Shown: positions 31,605-40,050 of the stretch, piece after piece
How positions within the stretch are numbered: position 1 is the first letter of the stretch
Layout: every line of letters starts with the position of its first letter
Source: an uncultured delta proteobacterium
Lineage (GTDB): Bacteria; Myxococcota_A; Polyangia; Polyangiales; Houyiibacteriaceae
DNA: 64,000 nt
Reading direction: 5' to 3'
Assembly: GCA_963699755.1 (NCBI GenBank)
Contig: CAVOVB010000001.1
Coordinates: 576,001 to 640,000 of the forward strand
Program-made: the position numbers and the translations under genes
Notes under the pieces: model-generated
Seen by the model: the letters and a program-made list of their open reading frames with translations, nothing else
Told to the model about the DNA's origin: nothing
The model's database searches: none

Positions 31605-32387
31605 ATGTGGGAATGGTTGCGTGAGATCTACAGCGAGCCGATGTTCTGGCTGTTCCCCGTCGCCGGGACGGTCCTCGGAGTGGTGGCGTTCCTAGCGTTC
31701 GCCGTCCCGTTCACGATGCTCGCCTGGAAGCAGCCCAAGTGGGCAGAGCCCTACCGCATTCAAGCCCGCAAGACCGGCCGCCGCTCGATCGTAGGGCCGG
31801 CATTTTGGCACGTGGCCCGCAACAACGCCGTCATGGCAGTCGTCACGCTTGCCGCCTGGCCCTTGCTTCGGCTCTCGAATGTACACGCCGGTCCCCTGCC
31901 CGCCTGGTGGGTCATCGTTCTGCAGATCTTCTTCTTCGTCGTGCTCGACGACTTCCTGTTCTACTGGATGCACCGCGGCCTTCACGAAAGCCGCTGGCTC
32001 TTCAAGAAGATCCACGCGACACACCATCGAATTATGACCCCCTGGGCGATTACCGGTCACTACATGCACCCGGTGGAGCTCGTGCTGACCGGGACGGTGA
32101 TGCTAGCCGGCCCGATCCTCGTCGGCGCGCACGTCGTGACCCTTTACATCTGGATCGTGCTCCGCGAGTGGGAGGCCGCCGAGGGCCACTCGGGCTACGA
32201 CTTCCCCTGGAGCCCCACCCACCTGATCCCCTTCAGCGACGGCGCCACCCACCACGACTTCCACCACGCAAAAGTCAAAGGCAACTACGCGGGCTTCTTC
32301 CCCTGGACCGATGCGGCCTTCGGCACGATGTGCGCTGGCTACGCCGCTCACCTGGAAAAACGGAGGAAGCTGAAGGCAGCGGCGTAA
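31605..32387 (+). CDS. Sterol desaturase / fatty-acid hydroxylase family di-iron enzyme
   Basis: His boxes HRGLH, IHATHH and HHDFHH, plus GHSGY. Confidence 0.92.
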   Translation: MWEWLREIYSEPMFWLFPVAGTVLGVVAFLAFAVPFTMLAWKQPKWAEPYRIQARKTGRRSIVGPAFWHVARNNAVMAVVTLAAWPLLRLSNVHAGPLPAWWVIVLQIFFFVVLDDFLFYWMHRGLHESRWLFKKIHATHHRIMTPWAITGHYMHPVELVLTGTVMLAGPILVGAHVVTLYIWIVLREWEAAEGHSGYDFPWSPTHLIPFSDGATHHDFHHAKVKGNYAGFFPWTDAAFGTMCAGYAAHLEKRRKLKAAA

Positions 32388-32389
32388 GA

Positions 32390-32730
32390 ACCGGGGCGCG
32401 GAAAAAACGCGTCACGGGGTTCCATCGAACGGCTCGGCTTCGGTTGTGGGGGTGTACAAGTGTCGCTGTTCGGCTTTGCTGCCGCGGATGTTAGGGGACG
32501 GGTCTTGGGCGGGTTGCCTGGTCAGGTTTAGCTACAGCGCCCGCCCACCCCCACCCGTAATCCTCCCTGGAGCGGCAATCGCTTCGCTCTGCCTTGCCGG
32601 CGCATTCGCGCCGGGCTTCGCCCTTCGGGCTCGCGCTGCCGCCTGCCGTTTGGGAGCCGGGTTCGCCCTGTCTCCGTACGGAGGGGCGCCGGCGAACGCG
32701 ATGGGGGGGTTTGGCGGCGCCCCAGTTGCC
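32390..32730. repeat. Highly palindromic intergenic element (REP-like, MITE-like or structured RNA)
   Basis: Nested inverted repeats (ACGGGT/ACCCGT, TGGGCGGG/CCCGCCCA), several TTCG-containing hairpins, perfect palindrome CTCCGTACGGAG. Confidence 0.45.
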
Positions 32731-32731
32731 T

Positions 32732-33958
32732 CTACTGCACCTCTTTCCGCTTCTTGATATCGAGCGCGGCCCGGATCCCCTTCTCGCGGATCACTTTCAG
32801 CTTCAGCCCCGTCTCGGTGAGCTTGAAAAATCGCTTCCCGTACTTCCGAAGCTTCTTCTTGTCGATCTCAAAGCCGAGCCCCGGGCGCCGGAACGGCGGC
32901 AGCATGCCGTTCTTGTTCGGCAGAATCGGGTCGATGATGCCTTCGCGGAGCTCTGGAATCCAGGACGGTTCTTCGAGCGGGTACTCCAGTGGGTGGCTGT
33001 TCTTTCGATCGGCCAACGCCATGTTCCAATTCACGTAGAAGCCGATGCCGTTGGTCCAGGTGTGTGGCGAGTAGATGCGATCGTGCTCGTGGCAGGCGTC
33101 GATGACCTTTTTCACCTGGGCCATGCCACCCGCGAAGCAGGCGTCCGGCTGGTAGATGTCCAGGCAATCCTTTTCGAACATGATCTTGATCTCGTCCCAG
33201 CCGTGGTTGAGCTCGGCCCCGGCGATCTTCACGCTCGAGGCCTTTTTCAAAGCCGCAAGCCCGTCGTAGTCGTGCCAGTCGAGCGGCTCTTCGAGCCAGG
33301 AGATCCCGTTGTCGTGACAGGCAGCGGCGAAGTCGCTTGCTCGCTTCAAATCCCAGGCCGGCACGCGATCGACGATCGACACCAGCCAGCCCTGATTTGC
33401 ATCGACGCCGAGCGCGAGGTCCTCACCTATTCCTTTTCGCACGACTTCGATCTGACGGATGTCCTCGGCGAGGTGAGGACTCTTCACCCTGAGCTTGGCC
33501 GTGCGGTAGCCGCGCTCCATCATCCGAAGCAGCTCGTCCACGCGCTGCTCGGGCGGATGCACCTCACCGGTCGAGAGGTAAACCGGAAGCGGACGCGGCG
33601 TCCCGCCGAAGAGCTCGTAGACAGGCTTGCCTTCGGCCTTGCCCTTGATGTCCCAGCAAGCCGCCTCCAACCAGAAGTTCCGCCACCCGAGAAAACCAGC
33701 CTGCTTCAGCAGGTCCTGCACCCGATCGATGTCGGTCGGGTCGCTGCCTAGCAGGTATCCACCGAGGAGGTCTCCGAGGCCCTGCCGCTCCTTGCCCATC
33801 GACTGCCCAGCCGCGTAGCCCTCGATCCCGTCCTCGGTGACGAGCTTCGCGAGCGTGAAGCGATTGTGCGTCTGCGGGTATCCCGGGATCCACGACGGCC
33901 AGAAGGTCTGACGAAGCGGAACCGAGACGTGAAAGAGCTCGATGGAAGCGATGCGCAT
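32732..33958 (-). CDS. Mandelate racemase / muconate lactonizing enzyme family (enolase superfamily)
   Basis: WDIKGK, KLR, VDANQG, WLEEP, GAE, QPD, PH. Confidence 0.92.
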   Translation of the reverse strand: MRIASIELFHVSVPLRQTFWPSWIPGYPQTHNRFTLAKLVTEDGIEGYAAGQSMGKERQGLGDLLGGYLLGSDPTDIDRVQDLLKQAGFLGWRNFWLEAACWDIKGKAEGKPVYELFGGTPRPLPVYLSTGEVHPPEQRVDELLRMMERGYRTAKLRVKSPHLAEDIRQIEVVRKGIGEDLALGVDANQGWLVSIVDRVPAWDLKRASDFAAACHDNGISWLEEPLDWHDYDGLAALKKASSVKIAGAELNHGWDEIKIMFEKDCLDIYQPDACFAGGMAQVKKVIDACHEHDRIYSPHTWTNGIGFYVNWNMALADRKNSHPLEYPLEEPSWIPELREGIIDPILPNKNGMLPPFRRPGLGFEIDKKKLRKYGKRFFKLTETGLKLKVIREKGIRAALDIKKRKEVQ

Positions 33959-33975
33959 CTTCGCTACGCTCTCAA

Positions 33976-35352
33976 TCAGGCCGCCGTTGAAGGGATTTCG
34001 GGGGTGTCGATTGCAGCGATTGCCGCGTCGACGTCCTCCTGGCTGAGCTGATGCCGATGCAGCTTGCCCGAAAAGTAGGCCTCGTACGAGGACATGTCGA
34101 AGTGACCGTGACCGCAGAGGTTGAAGAGGATGACGCGCTTCTTCCCCTCTTGCTGGGCCTGTTTCGCCTGGCGAATCGCCGAAGCGATCGCGTGGTTGGC
34201 TTCGGGCGCTGGGATGATGCCCTCCGCACGCGCGAAGAGCACCCCCGCTTCGAAGCTCTCGATCTGATCGACCGCCTCGGCGTCGATCAGCTTGTCGTGA
34301 AGAAGCTGGCTGACCAGCGCGCCGGCGCCATGATAGCGCAAGCCGCCCGCATGGATCTTCGCCGGCACGAAGTTGTGTCCGAGGGTGTACATCGGAATCA
34401 GAGGCGTCATACCGATGCTGTCACCGAAGTCGTAGCGGAACACGCCGCGCGTGAGCTTCGGGCAGGACGTCGGCTCGCTCGCCAAGCAGCGGATGTTCGT
34501 CCCCTCTGCGAAATTCATCCGAAGGAACGGAAAGCTCAGGCCTGCGAAGTTCGAGCCTCCACCAAAGGGCGCGATCACGACGTCGGGGAGCTCGCCCGCT
34601 TTTTCCATCTGCTTGACCGCCTCTTGTCCGACGACAGTCTGGTGCGTCAGCACGTGGTTGAGCACGCTGCCAAGAGAGTACTTCGTGTCCGGGTCGGTCG
34701 CCGCGCGCTCCACCGCTTCGGAAATCGCGATGCCGAGACTTCCGGGCGAATCGGGATCCTCGGCGAGAATCTTCCGACCGGCTTCGGTCCTGGGGCTCGG
34801 CGAGGGAAACACCTCCGCGCCCCAGGTATTCATCATGAGCTTCCGGTAAGGCTTCTGATCGTAGCTGATGCGCACCATGTAGACTTCGCAACCTACGCCG
34901 AAGTGCTGACAGGCGAAGCTCAACGCGCTTCCCCACTGCCCGGCGCCCGTCTCGGTCGTGATCCGCTTCACGCCCTCCTGCTTGTTGTAGTACGCCTGCG
35001 CAACCGCCGTGTTCGGCTTGTGCGACCCGGCCGGGCTCCCACCTTCGTACTTGTAGTAAATGTGCGCCGGTGTATCGAGCGCCTTTTCGAGCGAGCGGGC
35101 TCGGTACAAGGGAGACGGACGCCACTGCGTGTAGAGCTGCCTCACCTCCTCGGGAATCGGAATCCAACGCTCTTGGCTCACCTCCTGCTCGATCAGAGCC
35201 ATCGGAAAAAGCGGTGCCAAGGCCTCGGGGCCGATGGGCTCCTGGGTTGCCGGATTGAGCGGCGGCAACGGCTTGTTCGGCATGTCCGCTACGATATTGT
35301 ACCAACGCTCAGGGATTTCATTCTCTTCGAGAGTGATCTTGGTTTGCTTCAT
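33976..35352 (-). CDS. trpB2: TrpB2 (stand-alone tryptophan synthase beta-like PLP enzyme)
   Basis: [38 protein letters not shown]. Confidence 0.95.
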   Translation of the reverse strand: MKQTKITLEENEIPERWYNIVADMPNKPLPPLNPATQEPIGPEALAPLFPMALIEQEVSQERWIPIPEEVRQLYTQWRPSPLYRARSLEKALDTPAHIYYKYEGGSPAGSHKPNTAVAQAYYNKQEGVKRITTETGAGQWGSALSFACQHFGVGCEVYMVRISYDQKPYRKLMMNTWGAEVFPSPSPRTEAGRKILAEDPDSPGSLGIAISEAVERAATDPDTKYSLGSVLNHVLTHQTVVGQEAVKQMEKAGELPDVVIAPFGGGSNFAGLSFPFLRMNFAEGTNIRCLASEPTSCPKLTRGVFRYDFGDSIGMTPLIPMYTLGHNFVPAKIHAGGLRYHGAGALVSQLLHDKLIDAEAVDQIESFEAGVLFARAEGIIPAPEANHAIASAIRQAKQAQQEGKKRVILFNLCGHGHFDMSSYEAYFSGKLHRHQLSQEDVDAAIAAIDTPEIPSTAA

Positions 35353-35424
35353 GGCGTCGCGGAGCCTACCAGCGCTTTGCGTCCCAGACGACCCCTAGCT
35401 AGCCGAGAAAGGCGCTTTGGCCCG

Positions 35425-36726
35425 ATGACCGACTCCCAGCCAGCCCAGCTCAGCCGATCCCTTGGATTTTGGGCGCTCGTCTTCTACGGCGTAGGGGACA
35501 TCCTAGGCGCCGGGATCTATGCCCTGGTCGGAAAAGTGGCAGGCGTCGCCGGAAGCGCGAGCTGGGCGGCCTTTGGCGTCGCGCTCTTGGTCGCGGGCCT
35601 CACCGCCCTCACCTACGCCGAGCTCGGCGGCCGCTTCCCGCGAAGCGCCGGCGAGTCGTTCTTCACCGAGCAAGCGTTCGGTCGCCCTGGCCTGGCGCTC
35701 CTAGTTGGCTGGATCGTTCTCTGTTCTGGAATCCTCTCGCTGGCCACGGTCTCGGTCGCCTTCGGCGGCTACATGAGCGGGCTGGTTCCCTGGCTTCCAC
35801 CATCGCTCACCGTCGTCGGCATTCTCCTCTTGCTGGCGGCGATCAACTTCCGAGGCATACGAGAGTCGTCGACCACGAACATCGTCGCCACCATGGTCGA
35901 GCTGACGGGCCTGCTGATCGTGATTGTGGTCGGCGCCGTCTTTCTAGGGCGCACGCCCGACGCAAGCATCGCACAAACCATCGAAGCGGGCCGCACCGTC
36001 GGTTGGACGGAGATCGCATCTGGCGCGGCCCTCGGCTTCTTCGCCTTCATCGGCTTCGAAGACATGGTCAACGTCGCCGAAGAGGTGAGGGATCCAGAGC
36101 GCAACATGCCTCGTGCGATCCTGATTGCGCTTTGCGTCACGGGTTTGGTCTATTTACTGGTCGTCGTAGTCGCAACAAGTGTCGTCGCGCCGGCCGTGTT
36201 GGCCGACTCCGAAGCGCCCCTTCTCTCCGTGGTGCGTCGAGCCACCGACGTCGTTCCCGACCGACTGTTCACCTTGATCGCTCTCTTTGCAGTCGCCAAC
36301 ACTGGCTTGCTGAACTTCATCATGGGCTCCCGCCTGATCTACGGCATGTCGCGTCAGGGGCTGCTGCCTGCAGCGCTCGGCAAGGTGCACCTCAAACGCC
36401 GCACGCCGCACCTCGCGATCCTCTCGGTACTGGCAGTCGCGCTCGTCTTGGCGCTCTCGGGCACGCTTACCTATCTGGCAGGCACGACCAGCCTGCTATT
36501 GCTTCTGGTTTTCTTTACCATCAACGTCTCCCTCGTCACGATCAAGCGGCGCGATCGCGAGGCGCTGCGCACATTTTGCGCGCCTCGGCTGGTTCCGATC
36601 GCAGGCGCTCTGAGCTGCCTCGGGTTGATGCCGTTCGTGCCCACAGGATCGCTCCTAACGGCCGGAATCATCCTCGGCTTGGGTGCGAGTCTGGTTGCGG
36701 TACGCGGCGAGCGCCGGTCCGCCTAG
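35425..36726 (+). CDS. APC-family amino acid permease
   Basis: GDILGAGIYAL, YAELGGRFP, FFAFIGFE; about 12 TM segments. Confidence 0.93.
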   Translation: MTDSQPAQLSRSLGFWALVFYGVGDILGAGIYALVGKVAGVAGSASWAAFGVALLVAGLTALTYAELGGRFPRSAGESFFTEQAFGRPGLALLVGWIVLCSGILSLATVSVAFGGYMSGLVPWLPPSLTVVGILLLLAAINFRGIRESSTTNIVATMVELTGLLIVIVVGAVFLGRTPDASIAQTIEAGRTVGWTEIASGAALGFFAFIGFEDMVNVAEEVRDPERNMPRAILIALCVTGLVYLLVVVVATSVVAPAVLADSEAPLLSVVRRATDVVPDRLFTLIALFAVANTGLLNFIMGSRLIYGMSRQGLLPAALGKVHLKRRTPHLAILSVLAVALVLALSGTLTYLAGTTSLLLLLVFFTINVSLVTIKRRDREALRTFCAPRLVPIAGALSCLGLMPFVPTGSLLTAGIILGLGASLVAVRGERRSA

Positions 36727-36998
36727 TCGCCCTTGGGCTTCGGCCTCTCGGGCGGAAGCGAGGGCCGAAACTCAGCTTGTCGCAGGTCGATAATCACGAT
36801 GACCAGGAACAGCGCGAATGATAGCGTGCCAATACCTTGGCCGACCGACATTGCCATCATGACGGGAATCCAACCCTGGTCGAAAAGAGACCAGCTCATC
36901 AGCGCCAGGGCGATCAGGCCGAGCACGCAGGCGTATACCATCAGTCGCGACCGGGAAGCCGTATCGAGGAACTTCTCGATCTTGGCTCGAGCGTTCAT
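36723..36998 (-). CDS. Small two-TM membrane protein coupled to the NapC-like gene
   Basis: Two hydrophobic helices; ATGA overlap at 36995-36998. Confidence 0.7.
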   Translation of the reverse strand: MNARAKIEKFLDTASRSRLMVYACVLGLIALALMSWSLFDQGWIPVMMAMSVGQGIGTLSFALFLVIVIIDLRQAEFRPSLPPERPKPKGD

Positions 36999-37672
36999 CC
37001 GCCCTCCGGCGCTGGGGCCTGGAGCGCCGAATGAGCCGCGGCCTCCGATGGAGTTTCCTCGCCCGATTTGCTAAAAGGATGCGCGTATCCGTGGCAGCCG
37101 GCGCTGGCACAACTCGTTTGGTCGGTGCGCAGGTCGTCGAGAAGTCCGTTATGGTCCGCCACTTCGTTCCATACCTTGCCGGTCGTACTGTGACACTGCA
37201 TGCAGTTGTCGTTCTTGAAGGGTCGCGCGATGTGAATCTTCTCGATGACCTCGTCCCGGTCGTACCACATCCACTCGGAGACGAACTTGTACACGTGGCC
37301 CATGCCCCCGAGCTTGGTCATGGCGTAGCCGAACATCCCATAGTCCTTGTGGCAGACGTAGCAGCTCTCACCCCCGAACTTGTGGGTGCGAGAGTGAATC
37401 GCGGCGAGCGATTCGCTGCTCGGGTCGTTGGCGTCCTCGATCCACATGTCCATCGTGTGGCAGCTTCCGCAGAACCCTTGACGCTCGGTTGCGGCGAAGC
37501 CCTCCAGGTTGCCAATCATGGCAACCATGATGGGCAGCACGCCCACGCCAAGCAGCATCACCGACTTGCCCGCCGCATCGAGAGGCGGCCTCTTGACCAG
37601 GTAATAGAGCATGATGCTGGCCGCAACGACGGCACAAGCGAAAGCGATCCAAGACAGCGGCGATACGTGCAT
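36995..37672 (-). CDS. NapC/NirT-family tetraheme cytochrome c (quinol dehydrogenase, CymA-like)
   Basis: Two N-terminal TM helices; FCGSCHTM, CYVCH, CMQCH and atypical CASAGCH. Confidence 0.88.
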   Translation of the reverse strand: MHVSPLSWIAFACAVVAASIMLYYLVKRPPLDAAGKSVMLLGVGVLPIMVAMIGNLEGFAATERQGFCGSCHTMDMWIEDANDPSSESLAAIHSRTHKFGGESCYVCHKDYGMFGYAMTKLGGMGHVYKFVSEWMWYDRDEVIEKIHIARPFKNDNCMQCHSTTGKVWNEVADHNGLLDDLRTDQTSCASAGCHGYAHPFSKSGEETPSEAAAHSALQAPAPEGG

Positions 37673-38995
37673 GATTCAAGGGGCTCGTCACGTCCGTGGC
37701 GGTTCGAGCCCGATGAACATGATCCACGATCGGGTCGCAGTGCAAGTGGGCAGATCAGCCGCTCGAAGCATTGGCGGGTCGGCCTTGCCGCGGCCCTTGC
37801 ACTGACCATCCTAGCACCCTTTTCTCCGGCACTTGCCCAGCCCCACAGCGTGGGCGTCGAGGGCTGGGGGCAGCTCGACCCCAACGTCGGGCTGATCGTC
37901 GTCGAGGCGTCCACGCGCAAGTATCCGTACGTCGACGCCGAAGCGCTGATCTGGGGGGGAGCCGGATCGCCTCAGTACGGCCTGCGTGACAATGAATTCA
38001 CCTTCGAGGCGCTCGTGGCGACGATCAAAGTGAGGGATCCAAAGGGGATCAGCGACGCCAGACTGGGCCGGTTCATCCTTGCAACGGGCGCGGTGCGCGC
38101 CCAGCACGTCGATGGCGGGCATTTGATCCTGCGCGCGCCCTCCAAGACCCACTTCGAATTCTTCGGTGGGGTGCCCGTCGACGGGAACATCGAAGGCCGC
38201 AGCTACGACTGGATAGCAGGGGGCCGGGTCTCCCAGGGGCTCGGCAAAATTGGGGTCCTCGGCGGCTCGTACTACAACCGGTACAACGCCGGTCAGCGCT
38301 CCGATGAAGAGGTCGGGGTCGATTTCTCGCTACGAGCCGCGAGCTGGCTCGACATGGCGGCCAAGTTCTCGTGGGAGATCGTGAACCCGGGCCTTGCCGA
38401 AGTGCTTGCGACCATTTCTTCGCAAACCAACAATCGGAAGTTTCGCGCCGAAGTTTTCGCGAGCAAGCGCAACGTCACCCGCCTCCTGCAACAGACCTCG
38501 CTGTTCACCGTGCTCGGGGACCCGGGAATCTTCGCGACCGGCGCAAATCTCTTCTGGCGTGCTGCGCCACGGCTCGACTTGACAGTGGAAGGGGCCGGGC
38601 GGCAGGCAGAAGACCAATGGGGCTGGAGCGGGTACCTGCGTGGGCTCCTCCGCACCGACGACGAAGGCAAGGGGAGCGTCCTCGGTGAGCTGCGGCGCAT
38701 GCAAGTCGCCACGGCTCGCTGGACGGGGATCCGCCTCGCTTCGGTCATCCAGCTCTTCGAGGACGTCCAGCAGAGCGTGGGCCTGATGCCTGAATTCGAG
38801 GTCATCATTCCCGATGACCGCAACTCCATGACTGGCAGGGCCTGGCCCTGGGGTCGGCTCGCGCTCCGATACCGGCACCAAAGCGGTTGGTCCTTCGCGG
38901 CGGCGGCCGAAGCGAGCGCCAACCAGGTCCAACGACTCGACGTGCGAGGGCTGGCGCGCGTCGCTTTTCAGCGTACTTGGCACGGTCAGCAATGA
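37667..38995 (+). CDS. Predicted outer-membrane beta-barrel (porin of a porin-cytochrome complex); start uncertain
   Basis: Signal-like LAAALALTILAPFSPALA followed by about 390 aa of alternating amphipathic strands, no heme motifs. The nearest in-frame canonical start upstream of the signal is GTG 37667. Confidence 0.7.
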   Translation: MHDSRGSSRPWRFEPDEHDPRSGRSASGQISRSKHWRVGLAAALALTILAPFSPALAQPHSVGVEGWGQLDPNVGLIVVEASTRKYPYVDAEALIWGGAGSPQYGLRDNEFTFEALVATIKVRDPKGISDARLGRFILATGAVRAQHVDGGHLILRAPSKTHFEFFGGVPVDGNIEGRSYDWIAGGRVSQGLGKIGVLGGSYYNRYNAGQRSDEEVGVDFSLRAASWLDMAAKFSWEIVNPGLAEVLATISSQTNNRKFRAEVFASKRNVTRLLQQTSLFTVLGDPGIFATGANLFWRAAPRLDLTVEGAGRQAEDQWGWSGYLRGLLRTDDEGKGSVLGELRRMQVATARWTGIRLASVIQLFEDVQQSVGLMPEFEVIIPDDRNSMTGRAWPWGRLALRYRHQSGWSFAAAAEASANQVQRLDVRGLARVAFQRTWHGQQ

Positions 38996-40050
38996 AACAG
39001 ATCGTCGCCATCGCAGCCCTGATCCTGCTTGCCGCCTGGTCGGGAGCCTGCGCCAAGATGCTCGGCCTCGATCGAGAAGAACAGGACCACCCTTTTGAGC
39101 ATCGCGCGCACGTCATCGAGGGCATCAATTGCTTGGAATGTCACGGGGGGATTCAAGAGACTGGAGACACCGGACCGTTACATTTTCCGACGACCGCAGA
39201 CTGCGTCGAATGTCACGAGGAACCCCACAATCCAGATACTTGCTCCGACTGCCATGGGCGCGCGAGAAATCGTCAGGCGGCAGAAATGGCTCGCAAGCAT
39301 CTGCGCTTCTCGCATCTGACGCACAGCGAAGAAGGCGCCGGTGACTGCGTGCGATGTCACGTCAACGTGACCAGCAATTCCGACTACGTTCGGGTCAAGC
39401 ATCCGACGTGCTTTAGCTGTCACGCGCACAAAGGCCAATGGGACACACGTGACTGCGGTGGTTGTCACGTCGATCTGCCCGGCGAGATGGCTCCGCCCGA
39501 GAGCCACGTCATCCACGACGGCAACTTCCTGCGCGAGCACGGCGTGCAGGCGAACGCGCAGGGCGACCTCTGCACCGCTTGCCACACCCAGCGCCAATGC
39601 GCCGCCTGCCACGGCGTGACCGTGCCCACGATCCCCTCACGATTTCGTTTTGATGACCCTATGCGGGATTCGATGCACCGCGCGAACTTCATCTCGGTCC
39701 ATGACCAGCAGGCCGTCGCCGACCCCGCGCAGTGCATCGTCTGTCACAGCGAGCTCTTCTGCGTCGACTGCCACACGAGGTTGGGAATCTCAGGCCAGAA
39801 TCCGGTTCGCGGGAATCCGCATCCGCCCGGCTGGTCGGGCCCGCCGGGCTCGTCGAATACCCATGGGCAAGCGGCCCGCCTCGACCCGCTCTCTTGCGCG
39901 AGCTGCCACGGCGGCGCCGGCGAGACCCTCTGCGTGAGCTGCCATCAGGTCGGCGGACCAGGGGGCAATCCACATCCGCCGGGCTTCAATAGCCGCTTGA
40001 GCAAAGCCAACGATCTCCCGTGTCGGCTCTGCCATATCGGAGGACTATGA
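38992..40050 (+). CDS. 13-heme c-type cytochrome, probable lipoprotein
   Basis: SGAC lipobox-like motif; 13 CxxCH counted; ATGA overlaps at both ends. Confidence 0.92.
   Translation: MKQIVAIAALILLAAWSGACAKMLGLDREEQDHPFEHRAHVIEGINCLECHGGIQETGDTGPLHFPTTADCVECHEEPHNPDTCSDCHGRARNRQAAEMARKHLRFSHLTHSEEGAGDCVRCHVNVTSNSDYVRVKHPTCFSCHAHKGQWDTRDCGGCHVDLPGEMAPPESHVIHDGNFLREHGVQANAQGDLCTACHTQRQCAACHGVTVPTIPSRFRFDDPMRDSMHRANFISVHDQQAVADPAQCIVCHSELFCVDCHTRLGISGQNPVRGNPHPPGWSGPPGSSNTHGQAARLDPLSCASCHGGAGETLCVSCHQVGGPGGNPHPPGFNSRLSKANDLPCRLCHIGGL

Noticed and set aside
34051..35424. Apparent 891-aa fusion: long N-terminal extension on the APC permease
   Set aside because: The extension is the antisense of trpB2; permease homology begins at ATG 35425.
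37031..37666. N-terminal extension of the 654-aa porin ORF
   Set aside because: Antisense to the NapC-like gene; not credible coding sequence.
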